Counted from the first letter of the whole stretch, positions 25,260 through 38,565 are shown. The stretch is DNA of 62,707 bases, filler included, from Basidiobolus ranarum (GCA_040143965.1; 32 parts of 32 records of this genome joined end to end with filler, not necessarily neighbours in it), one strand, 5' to 3'. Made by a program: numbers and translations. The notes: generated by a model from the sequence alone, not told the origin.

Positions 25260-25483
25260 CTAGCAATTACGTGGGTTACGAGCACACCACAATGGTTGTA
25301 AAGGTACAGCACCAATACCACGATCAACTAAACGTGCTCTTTGCTCATTAATACGAGGGAATACATCACCAGTCTTGCGAATAGTACCATCAGCTAGTTT
25401 GATGTCAGACCACAACACCTCGGCAGCTGCTGAACCACGGGGCCACAAGACACTATCAATGTTGATACCGTCAATCTGTTCAG
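25260..25483 (-). CDS. GH20 hexosaminidase C-terminus (upstream tandem paralogue)
   Basis: EQID..NIDSVLWPRGSAAAEVLWS..RARLVDRGIGAVPLQPLWC..NP..C. Confidence 0.93.
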
Positions 25484-25583
25484 NNNNNNNNNNNNNNNNN
25501 NNNNNNNNNNNNNNNNNNNNNNNNNNNTTAATTAATTAANNNNNNNNNNNNNNNNNNNNNNNNNNNNNNNNNNNNNNNNNNNN

Positions 25584-26988
25584 CATATGGGATTTCAATC
25601 AATCCCACACCATACATATGAACATCACTGTGACAATCTAGCAGAGCAGAATATGTGTTGGACCATTAAGTCTACACAACAACCTGAAATTGCTTGGGCA
25701 CATGAAAGTAGTAACAACAAAGAAAAACCAGCAAACCAAAAGACTCTGAATGTCAGAGTTGCCATCACTTGCTCAGATGATGAGTGATTTAACACTTTTG
25801 ATACTGTGCTGAATCTTGCCCAAAATCTTCTTGATTTGAGCCAGTTGTGGAAAAGCCAAAAACCAGGCATTACTCTGAAGATTCTTGACTTATTTCATGT
25901 GGCTTATCCTGGGTTTTTGCAAGCAAATGGCAATTGGGCTAGTTTAGGACTATTCATAAAACATATCAAAAATGAACAAAATCATTCACTTGGAAAAGAA
26001 AGAAAAACAGCTAAAGAAGTACTAAAGGACCAGGAGGTTAGAAAACCCAAGGGAAAAGCCGGGTGGCCAGTGAGTTTAGGCTCTACTATCCTACTTACTG
26101 AATTCCTCACATCATTACAAAGATCTCCATTTGCCAAGTAGGATATACTTGCAAAGAGGCTTAATTTTACCATGGAACCAGGTATACTGGTTGGAAGAGT
26201 GCTAAATTTGGGAGTTTAATCAACACCTGGCATCTCTCAACAAGCTAAAACACTAGTAAGTAAAACTCATGGCTCTCCAACATCAACTGGTACTTTTCAA
26301 TGTGCTCAAATTGGCCCCAAACTTACAGGCAAGCAAAAAGCCACATAAATACCACCAAGCACCCTCAGTAGTGTAACACTACAAAAATCAATTAAATAGT
26401 AATAGTGCTTGAGGAGAATTTTTAACAGTATGAAGGGCTGCATGCAGTGCAAGTATGCAAAAGGTGAAGAAGAGCATTCAACTTGACATTCAGTTTGGTG
26501 TTGAACATGCAAATATCTGGGAAGAACTTAATACAGAGCAGTACAATATTGCAGGGTATTTGCCAGATAGCTGAAAGAATGTTGATTCCACAATCTTGAG
26601 AAAATGGTGAGCTTTGATGGTGATATTGATACAAACTTGTGTTGGATACGAGCTAAACCTTGGGTAGGAAGAACTCTATAAAAATATTCAGGAAAATGTT
26701 TAAAAGAAACTAGCATTTTCAAATGTGACATATTAGCATTCAAGTGGTAAATGTGCAAGATTTATGTTACATTTTTTGCACATGTACTGATCCGTAGGTA
26801 CCTAAGATTGTAGCCAATCATGTGCAACTATTTGTAAGATCTAGAAATTTCACTCCTGAAACTGAAAAATTTGTATAAAATCAAATCTAACTTGACAATT
26901 TTATGACAGTTAGTAAACAGTCAAACCAAAATGAATCAACATTGTGATGGTTTTCCTACAATAACAATCCTCAAATTTATGTAAGGAG
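25584..26988 (+). mobile_element. CMC accessory ORF (degenerate) and element end
   Basis: Collinear with the reverse complement of 4113-5500; degenerate terminus near 26988. Confidence 0.78.
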
Positions 26989-27547
26989 CCACCCAAATAC
27001 CACTAAGCAATCTAAGTGATGCCACACTACAAAGATGTAATAATGAGTAACAGTGCTTGCAGAGTATTCTCATAGGACATGAGGTAGAATGCAGGGCAAG
27101 TATTTACTCAGTGGCTCCGCAAGAAGAATATTTAATTTGACATGCATTCTGGTCCTGCCCATGCAGATATTGGGAAAGGGCTTCATACAGAGTAACACAA
27201 TATTGCAGGATATTTACTATATAGCTGGAAGAATGCTGATTCAGCAACATTAATGAAGTGGCGGGATTTACAGAGATACTGATAGAGACTCATTTTTGTT
27301 ATAAGCTGAACCTTGAGTATAGAGTATATTATAAAAATATTCAGAAGAAAATAACAAAGAAACCAAAGATACCATAGGTGACGTGTCTCTAACAAAAAAG
27401 AAATTGATGCAATCTGGCTTGGATCCACCCTTCTGGTGTCCCAATCANNNNNNNNNNNNNNNNNNNNNNNNNNNNNNNNNNNNNNNNNNNNTTAATTAAT
27501 TAANNNNNNNNNNNNNNNNNNNNNNNNNNNNNNNNNNNNNNNNNNNN

Positions 27548-27674
27548 AACTCCCAGAATGTATAGCAAGGGCCTATAATCTCTAAGCATTGTAAAAGATG
27601 CAGCAGGGAATGTATTGAATACTGGCATAGATTCAGTCTATCTTCTTTAAACCTGTAATAAAGTTTTTCATATC
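27548..27674 (-). mobile_element. CACTA transposase fragment
   Basis: RYEKLYYRFKEDRLNLC..IHSLLHL..CLEIIGPCYTFWEF. Confidence 0.85.
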
Positions 27675-29160
27675 TGTTAAAGTATTTGGAAGCCTGTTGG
27701 AAGTGGTTTGGAGAATTACAGAAATTGGTGGTTTTCACTTATTGATTTATTGAGTTGAAAGTTGACATTTATAGTTTTGTCAAGATGTAAACATGCTAAC
27801 ATGTAGAATGTGTTAAGGAAGGTCCCAGAAACATGTGTACAAAGTTTGGGGCTTCTAGCACAAGTTTGAAATATCTATATATCTGACAACTTCTAAGTTG
27901 ATAATAATATTTAAGTACATTCCAATTGTGAATAATTCACACTATCTTAGTGAATTATAAGATAACAAAGTACTAAGTTAAATATGAATATATAGGTGCT
28001 TAGGCAGTGCTAATTTCAACACTCTCCCTCAACTAAATAGTCATATAAACTAATCCCAATAAAGGTTTAAATTTCTCAAATTACTGTCTAGCTAATGGTT
28101 TGGTTAATATATCAGTGATCATATCTTCTGTAGAACAAGAAGTTTAGTCAATAAACTAATTCTCAATAGTCTCTCCTATGAAGTGATGTTTAATATCTAT
28201 ATGTTTGCTTCTATTATGATATGTGGGATTTCTAGCTAATTTGATACAACTTTGATTATGTTGAAATATTGTAGTTGGTGAATATTGAGAATAACACAAG
28301 TCTGTTTAGAGTTTTCATAGCCATATTGCTTCTTTTGTTGCTTCACAGGCAGCCATATATTCAGCTTCTGTTGTTGGAAGTCCTATGATAGGTTGTTTCT
28401 TTGAATTTCAAGAAATAGCTCCATCACAGCAAAGAAATAAGTATCCTGTTGTAGATTTCCTGTCTTCAATATCTCTTCCCCAATTGACATCTGAATATCC
28501 CACCAGACCAATGTTTGATCCAGAATATGTGTATTTTAAGCATAGATCCACAGTACCTTTCAAATATCTGAAAACTCACTCAAGCGCTATGATTTGATCA
28601 GATCCATAATTCTGAAGATATTGGTACATAACTCCCACATAATATGCAATATATGACCATTTTCCAGCCACGATATACATCAAACTACCAAGCATAGATT
28701 GATAAGGAAATTTCTAGCTTTTATTTCAATCCAAAAACATCTGATTTCAGCTATTTTTGGTGAAGTTAAGATTTGTCTCCATTGGGATAGATACTGGACC
28801 ACATTCTTCCTTTTTAAACTTCTTTAGTATATCTATGATATACTTAGACTGGCTTAAAGTTATTGTTTTGGTAGTTCTATCTATCTGAATTTGGACTCAA
28901 AGATGATATGTCAGTTTACCAAGATCAGTCATTTTGAAATTGGCAGATCAGCGGGATTTGGTTTTCTGCAAAGTCTTCAAGTCATTTGTTGATATCATAA
29001 GGTCATTGACATATAAGGCTAATAAGACTGGGTTTGTATTATCTGGCCTGAAGTAGAGACTACAGTCAGCATTAATCTTTTGGAATTTGAGCATTTCCAA
29101 AAAAGCATCTATCTTGCTATTTGAAGTTCTTGGAGATTGTTTTAGCCATAAAGTGTTTTC
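27675..29160 (-). mobile_element. Copia RT/RNase H, polypurine tract and 3' LTR (family A, LTR 27675-28021)
   Basis: LYVNDL, MTDLG, PTTEAEYMAA, KHIDIKHHF; PPT gttgagggagag next to the LTR's TGTTG. Confidence 0.92.
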
Positions 29161-29163
29161 AGT

Positions 29164-29411
29164 ATTGGGAAAATATGGGCTGTTTGAAGGAACTTTAGAA
29201 AAGTGGAGTTGTGAATAGCTTTGTGAGATAATTGCTTATTGTCCAGAAATAAAGCATTTATACTTTTTGGTGGAAATATGGAAAACTAACACTGAGGTTG
29301 TGTTCAGAACATCTGTGGGAGTAAGATAAGCTATCTTTGGGGCAATTTGGACAAGTTTGAAATTTCCAATATGGAATTGCTAATTCTCACATTATTCACA
29401 TATATATATAT
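29164..29411 (-). repeat. Copia LTR family B (partial)
   Basis: tattgggaaaatatgggctgttt..., homologous to 37697-38074, 33135-33337, 35209-35299, 52323-52840 and 53032-53142. Confidence 0.85.
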
Positions 29412-29580
29412 NNNNNNNNNNNNNNNNNNNNNNNNNNNNNNNNNNNNNNNNNNNNTTAATTAATTAANNNNNNNNNNNNNNNNNNNNNNNNNNNNNNNNN
29501 NNNNNNNNNNNATAAGTGAAAACCACCAATTCCTCTAATTCTCCAAACCACTTCCAACAGGCTTCCAAATACTTTAACAA

Positions 29581-30381
29581 TTAAAGCATTCTATTCATTT
29601 TTTGGTTGGATCCCAATTTGTATAAATTTTCATCCAGAAATCTGCCAAATACATATTTTAAGGTCAAATTTTCAGTTCTTGATTCTAGAGCCATTACTAG
29701 GCTCTGAAACTTGGGTGGCAGGCTAATCAGGACTATAACTATGCTATCTTGATCAATGGTAGGTACTCCAATGCATTCCATTTCATTCTCTAAAAAGTGA
29801 CTCTAGTAATTAGTGATGTATTGTCTTTCCCTGGCTTCTTCATTAAGTTAAAGAATTGTCTTCTTGGAAACATTTTGTTGGCAGCAGAACTTGTTTGGTA
29901 GGTATCTTCCAAGGCTTTCCATACCTTCTTGGCAGTTTTAGCTCTTGAACATGACTTGGCAACTTGTCTTTAACATTAACACAAATTGTGTTAAAGGCAC
30001 TTTTTTCTTTTTTAAACTAGAGTAAAACTTTGGTTTCAGATTATTTTGCATTGTTTTCTTCTCCTACAACAGTGTCCCAAAGTCCCTTTTCTTCTAGTGG
30101 CATTTTCACTTTTATTTTCCAAACTTGCTAATTGGTTCCATCCAACTTCTCAGAAGAGGTAAAAGTTCCATAAATTTGAGAGTCAGACATTACAGAGAGT
30201 GCAAGCTTGGGGCTTCTAGCTCAAGTTTGAAATATCTATATATATAAGATCTTCTAGTTTGTATAAATATTATAAGTAAACTCCATTTGAGAGTAGTGAG
30301 TAATATCTTAGTTCAATACAAGTTCACTAAACACTAAGCTATATATGACTATATAGGTGTCTAGATAATGTTTAACTCAAC
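29581..30381 (-). mobile_element. Copia A gag fragment with truncated 5' LTR, next to an oppositely oriented LTR end (29512-29579)
   Basis: Homologous to 6141-7110; PBS and LTR 3' half deleted at a tggggct microhomology near 30208. Confidence 0.85.
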
Positions 30382-30510
30382 AGAAATAATTATAAAGTTG
30401 TTATTGGTTCCAAGATGGTTGGCTTGAGCTATCATTTGATGAACATTGGCTTTCTTCTTGTAGGATTTTAGTCATAATGCCCAGGTTTGTGACAGTGATG
30501 AAATAGAAAT

Positions 30511-30750
30511 TGCTAAAGTATTTGGAGCCTGTTGGAAGTGGTAAGGAGAACTGGAGAGATTGCTAGTTTTTGCTTATTGATTTATTGAGTTGAAAGATGA
30601 CTTTCATAAAGTTTGAACAATATATATATCTGAGAACTTCAAAGTAAATTTCTCTTGATAATAATGAGTAATATCTTTGTGAAATATAGGATAACTAAAT
30701 ACTAAGCTATGCATGATTATATAGGTGTTTAGGTAATGCTAATTTCAACA
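30511..30750 (-). repeat. Internally deleted solo LTR A with GAAAT target-site duplication
   Basis: gaaat at 30506-30510 and 30751-30755. Confidence 0.85.
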
Positions 30751-31789
30751 GAAATTCAGTTTGCTTATCAGAGTTCCTTGCCCCAACAGAGTGTTTGTTT
30801 TTATAGAAGGCACTCTCGATCTTGTATTCAGTCACACTTACTAACAGTTTCTTCTCTTCATGGATGGACTTAGAGGTAACATAGGACCCAGTAAGCAGCA
30901 CCTCATCAACGTTTTCCATAGATGTAATAGTCACAGAATACCTTAACGGTCAAGAAATGAACAATATACTAATAAAGTCAATTGTAGCAACAGTGCTTCC
31001 TATAGCAGCCAGCTCCATACGAGATAAGCAACTCTTTTGTGATAGGTTTACTTTAGATGGACTATGATGACAGGAAACTTCATATTGATACTTAGGCTAA
31101 AGTTGGAGCTAGGAGAAATGCATACAAATCTGCCAGTCAAGTATTTGATCGTGTGTTATGGGATAGGAAAATGAATGATTCACCTTAAACTTGGATTTAA
31201 TTAACGTGAAACCACTAATAAAGCTCTACTGCTAGATTTTCAATTCAAAGAGTGATTAGTTGACAGGGGAACGTAAACATGCCATTTGATTGCGGCTAAG
31301 GATCACGTAGTAGAGCTAGTACAATATCAATAGAACGTCCATAAGGATTGGATGACTGAGATTAGAGTATGTACNNNNNNNNNNNNNNNNNNNNNNNNNN
31401 NNNNNNNNNNNNNNNNNNTTAATTAATTAANNNNNNNNNNNNNNNNNNNNNNNNNNNNNNNNNNNNNNNNNNNNCTTCAATTAAGTCCTCTGCTCTTGCT
31501 GGCTTTTGTCCTTTCATGCCAGCAGGGTTTGCTTTGAAGCCAATTTTGATTTAGATTTTGAACGTTTTTGAATGACATTGAAATTTTCAGGTGGCAAACT
31601 CAGTATCATGAAATTGCTTAGAAACAGCTTATAATAAACCTGAATTGCCATCCATTACCAGAGATATCTTGTAAATCCCCTGATGACTCATCTGTGACAC
31701 CATATCAGAATCAGCTGATGATAGTGATGGGCTATGTCAAAAATACCACCCTTACATAGGAGGAGTTTTTTTTCTATAATGTTCTTCTC

Positions 31790-33134
31790 ATGCTGCAGCA
31801 CAAAAGTTTAAAGAAGACCTGCTATTCTTGTCACAAATTCTTTTGCAATGAAAGCTGGAGGCTTCATAGAAAAAATAATCACAAGCACAGTCACTTTACA
31901 AAGCCACCAGCTGCACAAAGCCTGGTGTATAACAACAGTAATATGGGTGCTAAGTTGACTTTAGTTTTGCCCATTGAGTCCACTGACTGTACTTTGCCTC
32001 AAAGTTTTGCTAACACTGCCAAAAGTCAAGATTCCACAGAGTTACCACAGTTATATGACCAGAATGATGTAGGTAGGAATGTAACTTTGGTCAAACCAGT
32101 AAGTCCAGACAACTTTGAGGACTTGCTGCAAGATGTTGAACTTGGTTATTCCAGTACTGATAGTCTTATATCAGAAGTTGAAGAAGATGCTGATTGTTTT
32201 GTTAGGGACTCTTTGTTATTGGCAAACATGAGTCCACTCATAATACTTACTGTAAAGGAAGCAGCTTTAATTATTGAGGAGTGGAGAGTTCAATCAAAGC
32301 TTAGCAACCAGGTGTTTATTGATTTTCTTACACTTTTACCACAGTTGATTGGCAGCTGTTGCTTGCCACAGTCCTGGTACAAGTGGAAAACACTTGTCAA
32401 CTGTATGGCTTATAATCCTACAGTAATTAAACTACCTTCATGTCCAAATGGTTGTTTAGCTTTCACCAGTGATCTGAAAAACCTGAAGTGATGTACTGTT
32501 TGCACACAATTGGCAATCACTGAACCAGGTAAATATTGTTCATATTTGGCTTACATATTGTTGATTCCCTGTCTTAAAGTTTTGATGAAATCATCCAAAT
32601 ATAGATGATTGATCAAATATCAAAGTGCTCACCATAAAGCTGATGCTGTTACTAATATACTTGATGGATATCACTACCAGAATCTGAACAGTCAAGGTTT
32701 CTTTGAGAACACATAGGATCATGCATTTGCATTGGCTCTGGATGGTTTGTTGCTAAACAGATAAACTATTGGAAAGGCTTGCTGGCCAAGAATTTTAATT
32801 AACTCAAATCTTCCTCCTTCTGAATGGTATAAGAGTGATAATATTGTGACACTATCCATCATATCTGGACCTAAATCTCCAGTCCTTATAGATAGCTTCT
32901 TGAAGCCTTTGATTGCAGAATTTATATGGTTATCTAATGGGGTTCAGATGGGTGATTATTTTATTAAAGCCAATATCATTTTATGTATTGGTTACACTCC
33001 TGCCATTAGTAAGCTTGGAGGTTTTTGCAGGCACCTTACACTATCTTGCTGTAGATTTTGTCAAATCAATGGAGTCCACTCAATCAGGCATATGCATTAC
33101 TACTATCCAAATACAAAACTAAACTCCATGACTT
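31790..33134 (+). mobile_element. CACTA/EnSpm (CMC) transposase pseudogene, Transposase_21-like
   Basis: N-terminal C2H2-like motif, CPNGCLAF, DGYHY, ALALDG, WP.ILINSNLPP, IISGPKSP..DSFLKPL, CIGYTPAISKLGGF..CRFC; cut by LTR B at 33135. Confidence 0.9.
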
Positions 33135-33437
33135 TATTAGGAAAATATGGGCTGTTTGGAGGAACTTTAGAAAAGTGGAATTGTGAATAGCTTTGTGATA
33201 TAATTGTTTATTTTCCAGAAATAAACCATTTATACTTTTTGGTGGAAATACAGAAAACTAACACTGGGGTTGTGTTCAGAACATCTGTGGGAGTAAAATG
33301 AGCTATCTTTGGGGCAATTTGGACAAGTTTGAAATTTNNNNNNNNNNNNNNNNNNNNNNNNNNNNNNNNNNNNNNNNNNNNTTAATTAATTAANNNNNNN
33401 NNNNNNNNNNNNNNNNNNNNNNNNNNNNNNNNNNNNN

Positions 33438-34252
33438 CATGGAACAAGGTACACCAGTCAGAGGAGTGCTAAATTTGGAAGTTTATCCAACACCTGGAAC
33501 CTCTCAGCAAGCCAAAACACCAGCAAATAAACCTCACTGCTCTCCAACCTTCACTGGTACTTATCAAAGTGTTGAAATTAGCCCCAAACTTAAACACAAG
33601 CAAAAGGCTGCACAAACACTGCAAAGCACCCTCAGTCATGTAATACAACAAGGACATATGAAAAAAGTCAAAGTGCTTGAGGAGTAAATTCAAAATTATG
33701 AAGGGAAAAATGCAATGCACAAATGCAGAAAGTGGCATCAGAAGAAGAATATTCAACTTGACATTCAGTTTGGTGTTGACCATGTAAATATCTATGAAGA
33801 ACTTAATACAGAGTGGCACAATATTGCAAGGTATCTGCCAGATAGCTGGAAGAATGTTGATTCAGCAATATTGATACAATGGTAGGCTTGGATGAAGATA
33901 TTGATATAAACTCAGGTTGGGTATGAGCTGAACCTTGGGTATGAAGAACTTTATAAAAATATTCAGCAGAATAAATCAAAGAAAGTAGGAATTTCAATGG
34001 TGACAAATTAGCATTCATATGGTAAATATGTAAAATTTGAGTTACGTCTTTTGCACATGTGTTGATCCATAGTTCTCTGATATTTTAGCCAATCATCTGC
34101 ATCTATTTTGCAAAATCTTGAAAGTTCACTCCTGAAACTGAAAAATTGATTAAAATCAAATCTAACTTGATGATTTTATTATGGCAAGTAAACAGTCAAT
34201 CCCAAATGGATTAAAATTGCAATGGTTTTTCTACAATCACAATCCTCAAATT
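33438..34252 (+). mobile_element. CMC accessory-ORF C-terminus and truncated end
   Basis: Homologous to 17722-18358. Confidence 0.78.
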
Positions 34253-34254
34253 AC

Positions 34255-34515
34255 TTTGCACTTTTTATATGACAACATTTCAATACTACTTACTCAGCTC
34301 TATAGTGGAGAATTCAATTTGAAGGAGCAATTGGAGATATGATCAAAGTTTGAATCAATTGGGAAAATAATTGAAAACATCAAGTTACCATCATATTTTA
34401 CCGGAACTCCATCAATATCCACTCATCTAGGTTTTTGTCCTAATGCAAAGACTGGCAGTATTGGATTTGTAAATATACAGAGTGGAATGGTGAAAAGATA
34501 CCTGACTGATAGGTA
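34255..34515 (+). mobile_element. CACTA transposase internal fragment
   Basis: Aligns with 62200-62460 (gacaacatt..aatactacttactcagct; ccatcaatatccactcatctag). Confidence 0.8.
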
Positions 34516-35208
34516 TGTTAAATTAAATGGCAGTCTGTTGGTAGTCATTTGGAGAATTAGAGCAGTTGGTAGTTTCAACTATTTGCTTTAGTGAGTACAA
34601 AGTTGACCTTTATAGTTTTGTCAATATGTAAACAAGCCAATCTGTAGAATATGTTAAGGATGGTCACAGGAGTATGTGTGCAAAGTTTGGGGCTTGTAGC
34701 ACAAGTTTAAAAAATCATGTATCTGAGAACTCTGAAGTTAATAACAAATTTCTAAGTAAATTCTGACTGAGAAAAATAGATAAAATCTTAGTGAATTATA
34801 AGATAACTCAGTACTAAGCTATATATCACTATATAGGTGTTTAGGCAAATTTAATTTTCAACACTCTCTCTCAACAAAATAGTTTTATAAGCTAATCCTG
34901 ATAAGCTCTAAATTTCTCAAATTTCTGTCTAGCTAATGGTTTAGTTAATATATCAGCATTTATGCCTTCTGTAGAGCAGTAAGTGAAGTCAATAAACTTA
35001 TTTTCTATAGTCTCTCTAATGAAGTGATGCTCAATATCTACATGCTTGCTTCTATTATGAAATGTTGGATTTTTAGTTAATTGGATACAACTTTGATTAT
35101 CTTGAAATTTTGTAGTTGGTGAATTTTGAGCATAACCCAAATCTGTTGAGAGTTTTCTTAACCAGATTCCTTCTTTTGTTGCTTCAGAGGCAGCCATGTA
35201 CTCAGCTT
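34516..35208 (-). mobile_element. Copia RNase H and 3' LTR A (LTR 34516-34863)
   Basis: DNQSCI, RSKHVDIEHHF, ADILTKPL; purine tract before the LTR. Confidence 0.92.
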
Positions 35209-35399
35209 TATTGGGAAAATATGGGCTGTTTGGAGGAACTTTAGAAAAGTGGAGTTGTGAATAGCTTTGTGAGATAATTATTTATTGACCAGAAATTAAN
35301 NNNNNNNNNNNNNNNNNNNNNNNNNNNNNNNNNNNNNNNNNNNTTAATTAATTAANNNNNNNNNNNNNNNNNNNNNNNNNNNNNNNNNNNNNNNNNNNN

Positions 35400-35945
35400 A
35401 GTTACAATAAGGAGCTGGACAAGGACTGGAAACAACAACAAGAGGCTAGAAGGCAGGAGAGTACTTGGGTGTAGACCACTAGACAAGTGAAGATGCAACT
35501 GGACAGGGAAGATACTTTGGCAAGAAACTTGATTGATAACTGGCATTGATCAGACTGGGGTCTGATCAAGGAATACATGGGGCTTATATAGATATTGCAG
35601 GGTGAAACATAATATACTGAATAGGGAATAAACTGTGGCAGGTTCAAGTGTTGGGGTGTTGGGGACTATAAGGACCAATATAAAGAGTGATGATGTAGGG
35701 ATGATGTAAGGATGACAAGATGACCTCGCATGGAAGGTCTTGGCAGAAATAGACCATGTGTGGGTTGACATGATTGGTTAGGTTTCATGGAATGTTCCAA
35801 AGAACATCACTTCCATATAAGGTAACCTGGATGAACTAACACAAGATTGCCAAGAAGGGATGGCACAGCAGATATCATGTGATGATCTAATAATAGGAGA
35901 GTTACATTTGCAGTGGAGTAGTGTGCCAAGATCAGAATCATGACA
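35400..35945 (-). repeat. Gypsy (chromovirus) LTR abutting the DDE transposase
   Basis: Reverse complement starts TGTCATGA and matches 46187-46715. Confidence 0.88.
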
Positions 35946-36751
35946 CTATGTTTGAGAAATACTGTGGCTTTTATACTCCAATATGTATCAGAAAGAAGCT
36001 AGTCAATTTGATTTGTTACTACAAAAACTATAGACCAATCAGATTTCAGTGCAATATCAATGGTAGCAAAAGTGGGAGAAGCTTCCATACCAGGCTTCAA
36101 GTAAGTGAGAATTATCTAACTTCAGTGATGAATGATGTTGAAGGTGCCTGCAACAAAAGATTCAGATACTTTGATTTCTTTCCATTTCCTGGAGTATTTC
36201 CTGTCTGAGTTCATATAAGAAGTATTCTTGATACATTTCCTGTGAGCAATAACGGGCCCAAAAGCAACCAAAAGCTATTGTATTCTGGCAAGTACAAAGC
36301 TCACTGTGTAAAGTTCCAGGCTTTAACTGATTTGGCAGAAAACATCTTTGAGTTTAGTAGGCCACATCCAGGAAGACACCATGACAAAACGCTTTGGATT
36401 GACAGGCATGCACCATTTGTAAGATATGAGAAGATTACGGCTGATTTAGCATTGGTTAGGGCAGGATGCAGAAGGCTACAATGTATTACAGCCAACAAGA
36501 GGCCCAGAGGAGAGAAACTCACAGTGAGGCAAAAGCTTTATAATGACATTTTTTCCCATTTTAGAGTCAGAGTGGAACATAGCCTTGGTTTCCTAAAGAG
36601 ATATAGCATTGTAGCAGGAAAGTAAAGAGGAATATCATTTTGTGGGCCTCAATCAAAGTTAGGCAAACTAGTCAAAATCTTGATTAATTCTCAATACATT
36701 CATACTCAGAGATATCCATTGAGAGCTCTAGACTTAAGACACTATGAATAG
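35946..36751 (+). mobile_element. DDE_Tnp_4-type transposase pseudogene (IS5/ISL2EU/PIF-Harbinger-like)
   Basis: ILDTFP, YSGKYKAHCVKFQ, PGRHHD, ADLA, KRPRGEKLT..YN...RVRVEHSLGFLKRY; two in-frame stops. Confidence 0.85.
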
Positions 36752-37696
36752 AGCTTTCATTATCTTTTAATTGTGCAATAATGTCTAAAAGTACTTTTCC
36801 CTAATATACTACATAAGTAAAACTACTGTCTCTGAAATGATAAATAACATTGTGCCAGATAGTGCCAAATTGTGCCAATTGGTGCTGGTGCACTTTTTAG
36901 CTGGCCTGATCAGGCTCAATAAAATGGAACAAGTCTAGGGTAAATACCAGATATTGGTGATACTTAGTGATGGCTATAATAAACTGGTGAATATACTGTA
37001 GCTGTGAGGGCATGATGGTATATGAATGGTGGCTTGAACAGACAGGAATTACTATAACAAAGCCTTCTACCTGAACCACATCCATTTTAATAGACTTGTT
37101 CCATTGGACCAGGTCAGATTGTGCCGCTCAATCCAGCCTGCTAGTACACCATCAGGCATGATCAGTCAATTACCATGGCTGGGTGCTATAACACTCAATC
37201 AGACACTATAAGGAACAATATGGCACTATCCCACCACAATTGGACACAATGATTTTATTGGNNNNNNNNNNNNNNNNNNNNNNNNNNNNNNNNNNNNNNN
37301 NNNNNTTAATTAATTAANNNNNNNNNNNNNNNNNNNNNNNNNNNNNNNNNNNNNNNNNNNNACAATAACTTTAAACCAGTCAAAGTATATCCTAGATATA
37401 CTAAATAAGTTTAAAATGGAAGAATGTAATCCAATATCTACCCCAATGGAGACAAATCTTAACTTGACCAAAAATGGCTCAAATCAGATGTTCTTGGATT
37501 CAAATAAAAGCCAGAAATTTCCTTATCAATCTATGGTTGGTAGTTTGATGTATATCATGGTTGGAACACAGCCAGATATTGCATATTCTGTGGGAGTTAT
37601 GTGCCAATATCTTCAAAATTATAGATCTGATCAAATCATAGCAGTTAAGTGGATTTTCAGATATTTGAAAGGTACTGTGGATCTATGATTAAAATA

Positions 37697-38074
37697 TGTT
37701 GGGAAAATATGGGCTGTTTGGAGGAACCTTAGAAAAGTGGAGTTGTGAATAGCTTTGTGAGATAATTATTCAATGTCCAGAAATAAAGCATTGATACATT
37801 ATGATGAAAATACAGAAAACTAACACTGGGATTGTGTTCAGAGCATCTGTGGGAGTAAAATGTGCTATCTTTGGGGCAATTTGGACAAGTTCAAAATTTC
37901 CAATATGGAATTGCTAATTCTCAAATTATTCAGATATATATATAATATATGTTCCAATTTTCAGCTAAGTGATATTTGACTAAGGAATGTTAGCTAACTT
38001 ATATGGGATATATGAAATAGTTAGGTGTATAAAGATAGAGATAACAAAAATGATAAATACAATAAACATCAACA
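37697..38074 (-). repeat. Solo LTR family B with AAATA target-site duplication
   Basis: TGTTG...CAACA; aaata at 37692-37696 and 38075-38079. Confidence 0.93.
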
Positions 38075-38216
38075 AAATACCTAAATTCTGGATCAAACTT
38101 TAATATGATGGGATAATCAGATGCAAATTGGGGAAAAGATATTGAAGGCCGGAGATCTACAACAGGATACATATTTCTTTGCTGTAATGGAGCAATTTCT
38201 TGCAAATCAAAGAAAC

Positions 38217-38565
38217 TGTTAAAGTATTTTGGAAGCCTGTTGGAAGTGGTTTGGAGGATTAGAGGAATTGGTGGTTTTTCACTAATTGATTTATTGAGTT
38301 GAGAGTTGACATTTATAGTTTTGTCAAGATGTAAACAAGCTAACATGTAGAATATGTTAAGGAAGGTCCCTGGAACATTTGTGCAAAGTTTGGGGCTTCT
38401 AGCACAAGTTTGAAAAATCTATATATCTGAGAACTTGAAGTTGGTAAACATATTTTAAGTAATTTCCAATTGAAAGTAATGGATAATATCTTAGTGGATT
38501 ACAAGATAACTAAGTGCTAAACTATATATGACTATATAGGTGTTCAGGCAAAGCTAATTTCAACA
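38217..38565 (-). repeat. Solo LTR family A with GAAAC target-site duplication
   Basis: gaaac at 38212-38216 and 38566-38570. Confidence 0.95.
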
